Assembly (NCBI RefSeq): GCF_964355755.1
Contig: NC_092670.1
Location: 40,102,388 to 40,166,387 of the forward strand
DNA from: Antedon mediterranea
Lineage: Eukaryota > Animalia > Echinodermata
Direction: 5' to 3'
DNA: 64,000 nt
This document shows positions 55,241 through 63,384 of this stretch, piece after piece. The stretch's first letter is position 1. The number at the start of each line of letters is the position of its first letter. The position numbers were made by a program, and so were the translations under genes. Under the pieces are notes generated by a model. The model made no database searches. It was not told the DNA's origin and saw only the letters and a program-made list of their open reading frames with translations.

Positions 55241-57149
55241 TTTTTCCACCCGCCCCCCCTACCAAAAAAAAAAACTTGACAGCAAACAAACAATTTTTTT
55301 TTTTAGGCCTTATATGTAAATCTAAAGAAAAAATAAAGCAACTAACATAAATAATTTAGATAATTGACTGAAGGCAAATGACTGAAAAAATGACAATGCT
55401 GTCTATATATATATAGAAATAAATGATAAAGACGCTAGTAAATTACCAACTGAACATTTTGTTGCACTACAGGCTGTTTCATGAGTATGAATGAAATCTT
55501 CAGGTGCTTGGCTCTCAATGATTAGATTAAACAAAGTTTTCTATTATATACCCAATATCATTTTAGCATTGTTATTATCTTACCCGTAACGAACCATCAC
55601 TGCAACTGTCTCTGCGATTCGAGTGTCTTGGTGCTGGGCGTAGGCGCTCACTTTGGAAATCAACCCATTCATCATAACGTGCATTCCACCCTTCAAAGTG
55701 TATCTGCACTTCTTCTGCATCCCAGTCAACTCGTACGATCTTAGCAGGATACCTAGAAGGCAATGTCAAGGTCAGGTCAAACATATAAACAGTAAATTAA
55801 ACAACAAACATGATTTGCTTGGGTTTTATTAATAGCATGCAAGGTTGTATTTGACTGTAAATAAGGTATGAAAGGTGAAACAATTTTGTTCCCATTGTTT
55901 TTACAACCAATCTAGCAATAGGTGATGAAAATTAAAGACTAACAAATTTATTACTGCACAGTTAGGCTGTGGCTGTCATCGTCCAAAAAATATACTGATA
56001 ACCACATAAAACTCACTATAAAGTAGGAAGCCTTATTCTGCCATTTTTTCCTTACTGTACAATGTATTTATTATTACAATTATTATTACACTTTACACAT
56101 ACCACTGTACATAGGTAGAGCATTTACTATAAAATTCCCAGAATGGCCGACGAAAAAAAAAACCAGCTGTCAGTTTAAAGGATGCTAACTAAGTTTGTTA
56201 CACATCAGTAAATATAAGAAATGTCTTACCAATTGTTTAGGTAATCCATGGCTTCAACCTTAAAACCTGGTTCAAAAGAAAATCCTGTTCGCACATTTCG
56301 AGTCTTTGGCTTAGTACCAATATGACCAGCGTCTCCTTGTTCAAGCATCTTGCTTGGATCTTTAACCTTTGACCTCCCTAATTGTTCACTACTTGTTTCA
56401 GAGCATTCACTTGGAGCAGCACTCTCTTGTTTTTCTTCATCTTTATTTGTTTCTATGCTGATTTCCTCTTTATTCTTGTTAGATTCAGTCACAGTATTGA
56501 CAGCAACAATTCTATTATCAGAGGAGTCTTTTCCTTGGGGTTGCTCTTGGTGTTTCTCTTGAGGTTGCTCTTGAGGTTGTACTTGAGGTTGCTCTTGAGG
56601 TTGCTTTTGAGGTTGCTCTTGAGGTTGCTCTTGAGGTTGTATGTGAGGTTGTATGTGAGGTTGTATGTGAGGTTGTATGTGAGGTTGCTCTTGAGGTTGT
56701 ACGTGAGGTTGCTCTTGAGGTTTCTTTTGAGTAGCCTCAATGTCCATGGCTGCAGTCTCTTTCGACATTACTGCAATTGTCGCATCTTCCTTTTTGATTG
56801 TCACATTATCAACATCTTGTTGTTCTTCCCTCAAAGCAATTTGTCTGGAAATTTTGCTGCTGGACAATTTTAAAGGAATACGACTTGATACCTCACCTCT
56901 ACCAGTCATTATGGACGATGGATCCACTAACTTGGAACCCACAGACTGGAGATCCTTTAAGGAAGAGGATGGTAGAATAGGAGAAGGATCCACAGAGGAT
57001 GGCTCTGAAGCACTAATAGAAACAGGTTTTTTTTCAATTTTTCCAACTTCTGGTTGTTGGTTGATCTCTCCAGACAACTTGATCTGTACAACATTGGCCT
57101 CAGTTGGAGGTGGAACCGATGCTGTGTTGTCTTCTTTTGTCTCCTCCAT
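27052..57149 (-). CDS. PHF20: PHF20/PHF20L1-family chromatin reader (NSL complex subunit; Tudor-Tudor-C2H2-PHD), 16 coding exons, ~1563 aa
   Basis: Phase-consistent GT-AG exons: 56230-57149, 55584-55752, 52235-52405, 51948-52026, 51296-51396, 45270-45309, 39910-39996, 39631-39675, 38993-39190, 37876-38808, 37256-37449, 30560-30659, 30040-30238, 28765-29899, 28287-28470, 27052-27188 (total 4692 nt). Tudor1 GFSFEPGFKVEAMDYLNNWYPAKIVRVDWDAEEVQIHFEGWNARYDEW; Tudor2 VLARWTDCRFYPAEI...YQVLFYDG; C2H2 [64 protein letters not shown]...YICCFC; PHF20-type C-terminal motifs AAHKLGSDI, CQLNLLEHV and LMSDLKKV. The small low-complexity exons are less certain. Confidence 0.92.
27410..28045. repeat. 31-bp purine-rich minisatellite (~20 copies) in the last PHF20 intron
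   Basis: Unit aagaaaaatggctaagaattgaagagattgg repeated tandemly. Confidence 0.95.
30700..30952. repeat. ~60-bp tandem repeat, 4 copies
   Basis: agtccactg(c/t)ttaag...caagtaaagtaa...gatgtcaaaagtaaatgttc recurs at ~30702, 30763, 30825 and 30890. Confidence 0.8.
31205..32013 (-). pseudogene. Pseudogenised paralog of the nested class A GPCRs
   Basis: ATG at 32013 (MDFNISEQTW). There is a 1-nt deletion in TM1 (GGGCTATTG vs GGCCTGATTG), a GGA>TGA stop after VADSL and an early TAG at 31541. It retains AEISSFNLAFLSIERYLAIFKPHWFKNKYKEKH and an NPF remnant at ~31260. Confidence 0.85.
32631..33491 (-). CDS. Intronless class A (rhodopsin-like) GPCR, 286 aa, nested in a PHF20 intron
   Basis: Seven hydrophobic segments; TM1 GLIAN, TM2 NQSVAD, TM3 ISIERYLAI, TM6 INWFPFF, TM7 VNPFLY. 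Confidence 0.92.
   Translation of the reverse strand: MGLNITEETWILYKIGCGVAAIGLIANVVVLCVILKLSSLRKSTRLLVFNQSVADSLGCLTFFIIFLLFDINLDLFCVMLSVLLMIAEISSFNLAVISIERYLAIFKPHWFKNKYKEKHAYIVIFCMWPVGICVHPQMIFLKEGDLFAFYCGTKEGYEVLSYISLPLSFLVFLFTTCTIIFVCLSIFYKLRKQQRLVSTQLASSTTPSLHLKTLKVFFVISSVYIINWFPFFVLFVIYRCTSNDFGFQVVVLCLIFFLTSFTVNPFLYLIFMPQFLLHLRKLFRLI
34409..35538. repeat. ~565-bp tandem duplication of a GPCR 3' end and downstream flank
   Basis: 34409-34972 matches 34973-35538 (duplicate MEIYILEYKRNL ORFs at 34530 and 35094). Both copies end in ttacgcaagtgg. Confidence 0.9.
35507..36367 (-). CDS. Intronless class A GPCR, 286 aa, tandem paralog of 32631-33491
   Basis: Same length and motifs (ISIERYLAIFKP, INWFPFF, VNPFLY). 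The N-terminus MGLNITEETWILYKIGCGVA is identical. Confidence 0.92.
   Translation of the reverse strand: MGLNITEETWILYKIGCGVATIGLIANVVVLCVILKLSSFHKSTRLLIFNQSVTDSLGCFTFLIQCLLFDINLDLFCVMLSVLLMFAEISSFNLAVISIERYLAIFKPHWFKNKYKEKHACIVIFCMWPVGIFVHPDKLFFKEGDQFAVCCGTKEGYKIFPYINVLLSFLVFSFTICTIFFVYSSIFYKLRKQRRLVSTQPASSTTPSLHLKTLKVFFAISSAYIINWFPFFVIVLIYHFTSNDFDFQVVVFSLIFLISSFIVNPFLYTIFMPQFLLHLRKLFCAN
36875..36935 (+). mobile_element. tRNA-derived SINE head or tRNA-like relic
   Basis: A-box-like TGGCTTAGTGG (~36879) and B-box-like GTTCGAGTTC (36924) at Pol III spacing. No convincing cloverleaf. Confidence 0.4.
40090..40418. repeat. 35/39-bp minisatellite, 9 copies
   Basis: Unit aaatagggactggcatggtgtaa(gtaa)tagtgtaaataa. 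Confidence 0.95.
41874..43618 (-). CDS. BEN-domain exon B (coiled coil + BEN); probable alternative terminal exon of PHF20
   Basis: 1.7-kb open frame ending in the BEN-like FILKMMGYLFTKQELQNSSFVGG...KKTLDPVRLKPILAEAEALF...IRESINGKCR. The listed ORF starts at GTG, not ATG. Acceptor CTCTCTTTCTGCACAG| at 43618 is phase 1, matching PHF20 exon 45270-45309. Confidence 0.85.
44148..44689. mobile_element. TTAA-flanked non-autonomous DNA element (Kolobok-like termini)
   Basis: TTAA-AGATGTATTGTCCCT at the left end and AGTGATAATTCATCT-TTAA at the right end form imperfect TIRs. Confidence 0.45.
46865..47030. repeat. ~75-bp tandem duplication
   Basis: aacctatacactattgctctacct(c/a)tgtatcgagcactcttattcatgatctggatcaagtctac occurs twice, with a partial third copy. 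Confidence 0.85.
47347..49635 (-). CDS. BEN-domain exon A (coiled coil + BEN); probable alternative terminal exon of PHF20
   Basis: 2.3-kb open frame ending in the BEN-like VTFFIKRLLSILFINDELSGS...KNALDPFRLKVIMLQAKKEFP. The acceptor TTTCTTCAACTTGTAG|GAG at 49635 is phase 0, and its TAG is an in-frame stop. This matches PHF20 exon 51296-51396. Confidence 0.8.
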   Translation of the reverse strand, partial: ERADVQAYWDGCSSNSDDRNRGLYSDITDQDSELDDDFMMPINLDLEDSDDNDSSNSQKPQTSCRTSDNDSDKASQSNSLPSHATSFQSDIQLMSFNTSQIRGHNLRWHHYNEEDLMYYISRKPSYRLMHKNSTDGNKKHFDRTLNSGTKSATDVMLRIPGQSSRIRSYYNHKSISTLEKDNSHVKNSYSVPTTRNGQNSDKNAAVFSHSKLRDDLHQTKRNNFPKTSTDISDTRTNSPDHRLLYPSSLGGPPIRRPIPSQRHNTCCKCLHQYVDTKFRSIETQLRKLRHEIRLDIKSDIQSICDDVLEKTQKQLEQFDSNAVVVDKITSMVDEVKEAIKKESRDVIAAVLRPPSSWQSEARKSDVSLVNSVAPQNSLRQGQVMSGHPSKVTSKLVQLRRSSSYNKSNCVSTGRLIVTGKKQSKRTSYKLGPYQKNSQARENINFIKSRIKLPSGSSKLPEHQPDVLLLPRLSKMPIVSLNKLPIVTDKRLSELQTVTSSVSKKKTSCTGHVSSKMKDTEMDIQLEMSDDEEEPKKNRSNASTEQRNNESQSRSHLSKKDGKKELAIPSSKNCDNLNRTNSNRIGMNVLPTEATWRKRISSLKEQSQNESNSKQRKLTETRCTVTPRVSNKHQMRGAYNQEAYNLGTTSKESSEQRKGHTVVIGSHPYKMEIPKNIYQDIQSKSKSVTFFIKRLLSILFINDELSGSGDDLWKSQRQTVKNALDPFRLKVIMLQAKKEFPSFDGDLLTDDILQEIISGERRV
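50044..50829. mobile_element. Tc1/mariner-pogo-type MITE with TA target duplication
   Basis: TA-CCGTAGTTCCCCGGGTATAATCCCACC ... GGTGGGATTATACCCGAGGAACTACGG-TA. Confidence 0.85.
51036..51190. repeat. 15-bp tandem repeat (tacggtgagagtcaa) inside a duplicated intronic segment
   Basis: About 8 copies here. The paralogous segment at 52670-52799 has a single copy. Confidence 0.85.
52800..55309. mobile_element. Composite nested DNA transposons: outer element with GGCC termini and TTA flanks, containing a pogo-like element (~52998-54981) and a TTAA piggyBac-like element (53132-54361)
   Basis: Outer TIRs ggccaaaaaaaaaaaatagtttgtttgctgtca and tgacagcaaacaaacaattttttttttaggcc with TTA on both sides. 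Middle TIRs cgtatatttcgttgtataatcgcac and gtgcgacttatacaccgaaatatatg. Inner TTAA-CCGATTCACC ... GGTCAATGGG-TTAA. Confidence 0.7.
56535..56725 (-). repeat. Coding 12-bp tandem repeat (QPQE/QPHI) in PHF20 exon 1
   Basis: gaggttgctctt and gaggttgtatgt units; protein QPQEQPHVQPQEQPHIQPHI... Confidence 0.9.
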
Positions 57150-57720
57150 CAGTGAGTTTATTGAGTGTTACTTGCAAATGGGTTTCCTTTGAAAAAGATA
57201 AATATTTACAACCAATTTTGCCTCAAATTACAATTTACTGATTTGTTTAACAATGCTACATACAGGCCAGCAGATGTGTGTATTATTATTAGTAAGTTCT
57301 TCTTTACCATATTTTATACACAGAAGAGCTGGAACAATAAACAAAATTGTCTCTTTTTTTATGTGTGGATGATTATTGATGAATATACAATCAATATTAG
57401 GTCCAATATTACAGTTACACGACTTTTAAACATTAAAGATAACCACATGTGATAAAAAGTTAGGCCTAGGCCTACCTATGTTGCTTACCTTATCATCAGG
57501 CTGTCAGCCACTCATATCAGTATGGAATGGCGGTCAGAAAGGTAGGCTAGAGTCCTACCCTTACGACAAATAAAAAGTGTGGTGCACAGACTGGAAATTT
57601 ACATCATAAATACAGATTTTTACGGATGTGACTTGTTTAGAAACCTTATGATAATCATATAATTAGTTTTGATAGTACATCACGGTTATCAAAGATATAT
57701 TATAAGTGATTTAAACTTAC

Positions 57721-57790
57721 ATGTACAGTTTCAGTTCTTGTTTCGTTCTTTGTCGTCCATTTTTTCTCAATTGCATGTTGCTGCATGCGC
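57721..57790 (-). other. Putative 5' UTR exon of PHF20 with a short uORF (MDDKERNKN*)
   Basis: Donor |GTAAGT at 57720. A second donor (AAG|GTAAGC) is at ~57488 and an acceptor TTTTTCAAAG| at ~57187, upstream of the ATG at 57149. Confidence 0.4.
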
Positions 57791-59689
57791 TGAAATTAAG
57801 TATGGAACGCCATTTGTGCAAATTTGGATCTGTACACCTAGCTTCTTTCTTGATGTAGTATATACATATATATTTTTATCGGGATTTCTATTTCTACAAA
57901 ATGGTCTACCGCATTAAATCAAGGAGTAAAGTACTCCATGGTTAAATTTAACACTCAATAGTTTCTCCATTCTTCATACACATTCCAGTTAAATTAGTAG
58001 GCTAACCAAGTTAAGTTTAAATAAAATCGTTACGACCAAACTCCCCTAAATGTTCTTTGAATATCAGAAAAATATGGTAGTATAATACATGAATAACATT
58101 TATACAATCATATGACAAATTATATAAATTAAACAGTTATGACAGTAGGCCTACTATTTAAAAAAAAAAATACATTTTTCTGCGTTATATATTATTATTA
58201 TAGGAAACATATCGACTGTAAAAATTATAATGTAACAACAACAATCAATCAACATTTTAAAACTAGTCAAGGACGGTCCTACAAGCGACACGAATAATCC
58301 ATCGCTTTATGATTGAAAACTACTTCGATCACCAGGTCATTTGAACCAGCCAATGGCTAAATTTACAATTACAGTACCATACTAATTACCCATGCAATCA
58401 CAAGTATACACAAATATAAAAAATATATGGACATAACATTTCATGTATAATATAATACATCTAAAATATAAAGAAAACCATTGATAGAAACTATAAATAC
58501 ACAGAAAAAGATACTTGGAAAAAGTTAGGCTACAAATGGCCTATTATTGCTGTTAAGAAGTTAAAGGCCAGGTGCGGGCAAAAAATTTCTATTGATCATA
58601 CATTCCAATAATTATCGATCTATAGTTTCCCCTATGTTTCATAATTTTTGGAATTTTCTTTGTGTTACAAGACCTTGTTGAAAATAAGCACTTTCTTATC
58701 AGTGGGGGATAGTTCAAATTACACAGTAAAATCTCTATTCTTTTGTACACAAATTTTGTAAATAGAGCGGCATTTTAAAAAGCTATGAAAAATAAACGGT
58801 GTGGTAAAAAATGTTATCAGATGACTAAATATAGGTAATATAACTTGAATATTACATTTCTGGTATTTTTATTCAAGTTCAGATTTTTATTTTCATGCTA
58901 TAACAAAAATTATCCACCGTATATCCACCATCTTTTTTCACCTGCTAGGGAGTCACCAGACATGTTGTTACATTATGTTAACTACCTAACTACTGAAAAA
59001 AAGTCTTCCTGGTTTTTATGGAAGAATTTTGCAAAATTTTGTATTTGACCATATCAAGGGGGAAATTCATGTTTATTCATCTTGATTTCTGTTACAAATA
59101 TTTGATTTATGTACAATTAACCAAATATTATATTTAAAATTCATGCCTGTACCTGAGCTTTAAGGTAGAAAGGTTTTATTCGAGAAGGTGGACGTAGGGG
59201 TTACTCCAAATGATGTTCTATGGGGTGGGGTGTTTATTCGAGGGGCCTTTTATTTAAAGCGGGGCGTTTATTCGAATAAATACGGTGCGAGTTCTTACGA
59301 TTTTAGCTTTAACCATACAAGAGAGTTCACAGTCGTAAATGTGATAGCGCGGTAAACAGACTTAGCACGTAGGAAGTGAATATACCACTGGACCATTATC
59401 TTTAGTTTAGTTGAGTTTAGTTTCAGATTTTATTTCACACCACAAAATATAACACAATAAATACATTTTTTTTTTTTTATATAAATGATAAAAAATGTGT
59501 GTGGAGATTGCATTAAGCCAATTTGGCTTTAGGTCTGAACCTTCAAATGAAACAAATATATACATGTAAAAATAGTAATGACTGAAATAAGCAAGATACA
59601 ATATATGTGCACTTATAAAAAGTTCTTTTAGTAGTGCAAAAAGAAGAGGAAAAAAACTAAAGTGCATAACTATGATGATAATAATAATA

Positions 59690-60250
59690 AAAACTTTATT
59701 TAATCACGGTAACACTTGTTCACCTCAATGGTGTTTTTTGACAAGGCTGTAAGACATACACAAAACAATTAAACAATTAACAACAACAGTTTATCTTAAT
59801 TTACACTTAAATTAGAATTTTACAATAGATTGTAAAAGTCAAATTTACAAAAGAATAAACATCAAAATGAACAAAGCATAGTCTATTTTTACTTAAATAA
59901 TTAAACTTAATACTATTAAGATATTAAATAAATTATTAATAAGAATTTAACTAAAAACTGAAAATCTTAATTTACACATCTACATTAAGATTTATTTACA
60001 GTAAAATAGAATTTTTAAATTTGTAAAATCCAAATCATACAAAAGAGTGAACACCAAAATTAACATTAAAAATAATTAGGCCTACTTACAAATAAATGCT
60101 CCTGCATATTAACCTTATTGAATTGAACACCTTTAATAATTGTTTATATTTTTTTAAAGAAGCTAAAGTATTTGACAATTTAAGATTAAAAGGCATAGTA
60201 TTCCATAAATATGGTCCATAAGATGTCCTACGTAATAAAATAGAAAACCT
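59690..60250 (-). mobile_element. LINE (L2/CR1-group) 3' remnant
   Basis: Translates SYGPYLWNTMPFNLKLSNTLASLKKYKQLL, an ORF2 C-terminal GPxLWNxLP-like motif. The extent is approximate. Confidence 0.55.
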
Positions 60251-60652
60251 TTCATAAAATGATATTTTTTGAAGTCGAAGACCTAGTATTATAAGAATGC
60301 AATTGACAAAAATATGAAAATCTTTAAAAGTCATCTTGAAATCAATCTATTCGTAAAAAATAAGCTTTACTACGTACTAATACCACTGCAACCAACCTTG
60401 TTGAATTGAATGAAAATATAATTATTTTATTAGGCTACTGACGGTTTGTTGGGTGATGATTCGAAATGATTTGAAAACAAACCAATTTTAGATCAGCCTA
60501 TTTCAATACCACAATTTCAATCGACATAAAATAATACATTAAACTTAGGCTTTCAAATGTATTTAATACATCATGTAAATGAAGCAAAAACATACAATAC
60601 AATATTAAAAATAGGTTAAATCTCTTTTAGAATTTAGAATTTCACTTTGAGA

Positions 60653-60768
60653 GTCCGCCCTCATTCGGCTACCAAAGATCGAAATGGGGATTCCCCTTCT
60701 CGTACCAGGTTGATGATGATTGGTGAAATATGATCACGTGGTCAAGTTTTTCTAACGTGGCGGGAACA
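60653..60768 (+). promoter_or_regulatory. Candidate promoter of the FAN1-like gene
   Basis: GC box CCGCCC (~60655), palindromic kB-like GGGGATTCCCC (60686-60696), ATTGG (60719), E-box CACGTG (60735) and E2F-like GGCGGGAA (60759), clustered 150-270 bp upstream of the ATG. Confidence 0.5.
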
Positions 60769-60923
60769 TGAATCGTTCGCGAACTTTCTATTTAGTATCT
60801 GTCAAGAAGTGTCAAGAAGAGAAGAAGAGGATCGCGTATAGACAACAACTGCATAAAATACTGTTATAAAATATATTGTCTGTTGTTAATTTATTATAGT
60901 TATATTGTGTAATAATTCTGAAG

Positions 60924-61946
60924 ATGGCCAAGAGAGAATATGAAGCACATTCAGGTGATAATTTATACAAAAAGCTAAAAAGCAATGACGACGATATCGA
61001 CCTAGGCCTACTAGGCCTACTAGGCGTAGGCCTAGGCCACCACCGGTCAGATGTTGTAGAGCTGACGCCGCAGAAGCCGAGTGATAAAATAGAATGCGGA
61101 GAGTGTGTTACTACTTTGGAAATCAAGTATGAGGTGGATGAGAATACAAAGATATTAAATATTACGATTACGAAATGCAAGGCACACGCTCTTGGTTATA
61201 TCCTACAGCTGTTGGATGATGTACTGCGAGAAGATCCAGACATCTTGTTGGACAAAAAGGGAGTGTCACTGTCAGCAGACAAGAAGAAAGTTGTTGAAGA
61301 CTTTAAAAGGTTACCCCCAGATGGCAAGAAATTATTTGCAAGACTTTACACGAGGAAGCAGGGATGGATTAAGGTTGATGAACTACATTACAACGAAATT
61401 ATTGACCTGGCTGATGCTATTCAGAAGTTAGCTGCATCTGGATTCATTGATGATGACCTGCAAAACCCTGAACAGATTTTGAAACTATTAACCCTAAAAG
61501 AACTGAAAGCATTTGCAAATGAGAAGAAGATAAAGCTGAAAGGTACAAAGAAGGAGGAACTAGTACAGCAAATGCTGGTAAACAGATTCCAAACAGAAAT
61601 ATTCAACAAAGCGAAGGAAAATATTGGTAGGTGCATTCAACTTGGATCGAATCAAAGAGAAGTGTTCCGTGAATTACTGGATAGATACGGCTGGAAAGAA
61701 TTGAACAGTCGAGGAATTTACAAACACAAAGATTGTCCGGTGAAAATGATGTTTGCATATTATAAGCCTAATCATCATGAGAATTTTTATCAAACCACCA
61801 CCAAAGAAATAACCACTACTACCAGCGCAGCTGCCCACAGCTTGTCTTGTCCAGAGTGTCGTACAAAAATAATGGTTTCTGTGATACTGGGAAATGACGA
61901 TGAGCTGACCAATCAACAGGAGGCTGGTGGTGGGGACAAGTGCTGA
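60924..61946 (+). CDS. Intronless truncated FAN1-like protein (winged-helix + SAP region only), 340 aa
   Basis: FKRLPPDGKKLFARLYTRKQGWIKVDELHYNEIIDLADAIQKLAASGF...ILKLLTLKELKAFA...KKEELVQQML...KAKENIGRCIQL...REVFRELL follows the FAN1 WH/SAP pattern. No TPR or VRR-NUC domain. AATAAA at ~62094. Confidence 0.8.
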   Translation: MAKREYEAHSGDNLYKKLKSNDDDIDLGLLGLLGVGLGHHRSDVVELTPQKPSDKIECGECVTTLEIKYEVDENTKILNITITKCKAHALGYILQLLDDVLREDPDILLDKKGVSLSADKKKVVEDFKRLPPDGKKLFARLYTRKQGWIKVDELHYNEIIDLADAIQKLAASGFIDDDLQNPEQILKLLTLKELKAFANEKKIKLKGTKKEELVQQMLVNRFQTEIFNKAKENIGRCIQLGSNQREVFRELLDRYGWKELNSRGIYKHKDCPVKMMFAYYKPNHHENFYQTTTKEITTTTSAAAHSLSCPECRTKIMVSVILGNDDELTNQQEAGGGDKC

Positions 61947-62264
61947 ATTAAAATGCTTTTTTTTTTCTGGTAAAGGAAAAGACTCTTTTTGCTGTTTAGG
62001 GTAGGATGCTTGCTTAGTTTGTTGTGTTAATGTAGAAATTAATTATTCCTATTTTATCAAATACTGAGTACAGGTATCAGTTTATTTAAATGAAATAAAA
62101 ACATTTTTTAAAGATCTTTAAAAACACAAGTTGTATAGCACAGTAGTGCACTATCGGAATCCTAATATAAATTAGATGATATAGTACAGGTACTTAAGTA
62201 ATAATATTTGAATATGAATTAGTTGATCTCTTGGAATGTTCTCTTTTTATGTAACTTTGATTAT

Positions 62265-62622
62265 ACCGTATTTATTTGAATAAACGCCCGGGGCCTATAC
62301 TTATTTCCTCGAATAAACGCCCCGCCATATTAATATACACAATATTGTATTACAACACATTTCTTTTTGTAGTAGAATTCATTGACTGACATGACCCTAC
62401 AATTTACCAAGCATTTTGATACACTTTTTACTGTGTGTTATCACGTTTCTATATTAATTGTGTTAATCTTTTTCAAATCTATGGCCTATTTAATTGATTG
62501 TACAAGGTACCGTAACATACACCCAAAAAAATTAACGGCTCCCCTGTATAAACAGCTTCCTCAAACAAACGATCCCCACCACATCCACCCACCCCTGGAG
62601 CATTTATTCGAATGAATACGGG
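62265..62622. mobile_element. pogo/Tc1-like MITE
   Basis: TA-CCGTATTTATTTGAATAAACGCCC ... GGAGCATTTATTCGAATGAATACGG. An orphan right end of the same family is at ~59225-59286. Confidence 0.6.
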
Positions 62623-63384
62623 TACTTTAAATACAACTTTTAATTTTGACCTTGTGATTACCTTAAAAGGTATTTTCATTCATGAAATTGAATAAAGTTT
62701 TAGTTCAGTAACATTGTTTCAATTTTCATTTTTTAATTAGAACAAATGTTTATTGCTAATCTATGGTTGTAAAAAATACACAAGGGAATGAATGAATGCA
62801 AGTATCATATAGTTAACACTATGACATGTTGCACAACTTTGATTGCATCTGGATTATACATGTCAAAGCAAAGCGTTCCGGAACAATAGCGAAAATTTGA
62901 AACACATGAAGCGGTAATGTACAATGCGGAACCAAGTGTAATTTACACTACACATAGATGCAAAAGAACTTCCGTGGACTGCAACATACACATTCGGATT
63001 TAAAGTGCGGTAACGGCTAAGAGTGCTCACCGAAACCCAGGGGGCGAAGAGTTTAAGCGGGGACATTCAGACCGTCTATTATTATTATTAATGAAACCAG
63101 TTTCCAGTCTACATTCATAATTTAAAATATATAATACGGTAATTAAATGCATTTAAGTTCACTATTAAAAAAATAAAAAACAAGTGTACAATATTTTCTG
63201 TACAGAGTGTTTAAAAATGTCCATCTTTAATTTAAGCTATAAATCAACCATCAATTGACAATTATCAAAGTTACTGGAATAAAAATATCCAGCTACCATC
63301 TTAAAGTTGTTGAGCAGCGGGACCTTTACTTGAGTAAAAACTTCACTTGATGTTAGAGACAGATGTACTTGGAGTTGCAATGAG

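Noticed and set aside
59225-62330. FAN1-like gene carried inside a transposon bounded by related TIRs
   Set aside because: The TIR-like ends at 59286 and 62265 face away from the gene (a right end, then a left end), so they belong to separate MITEs.
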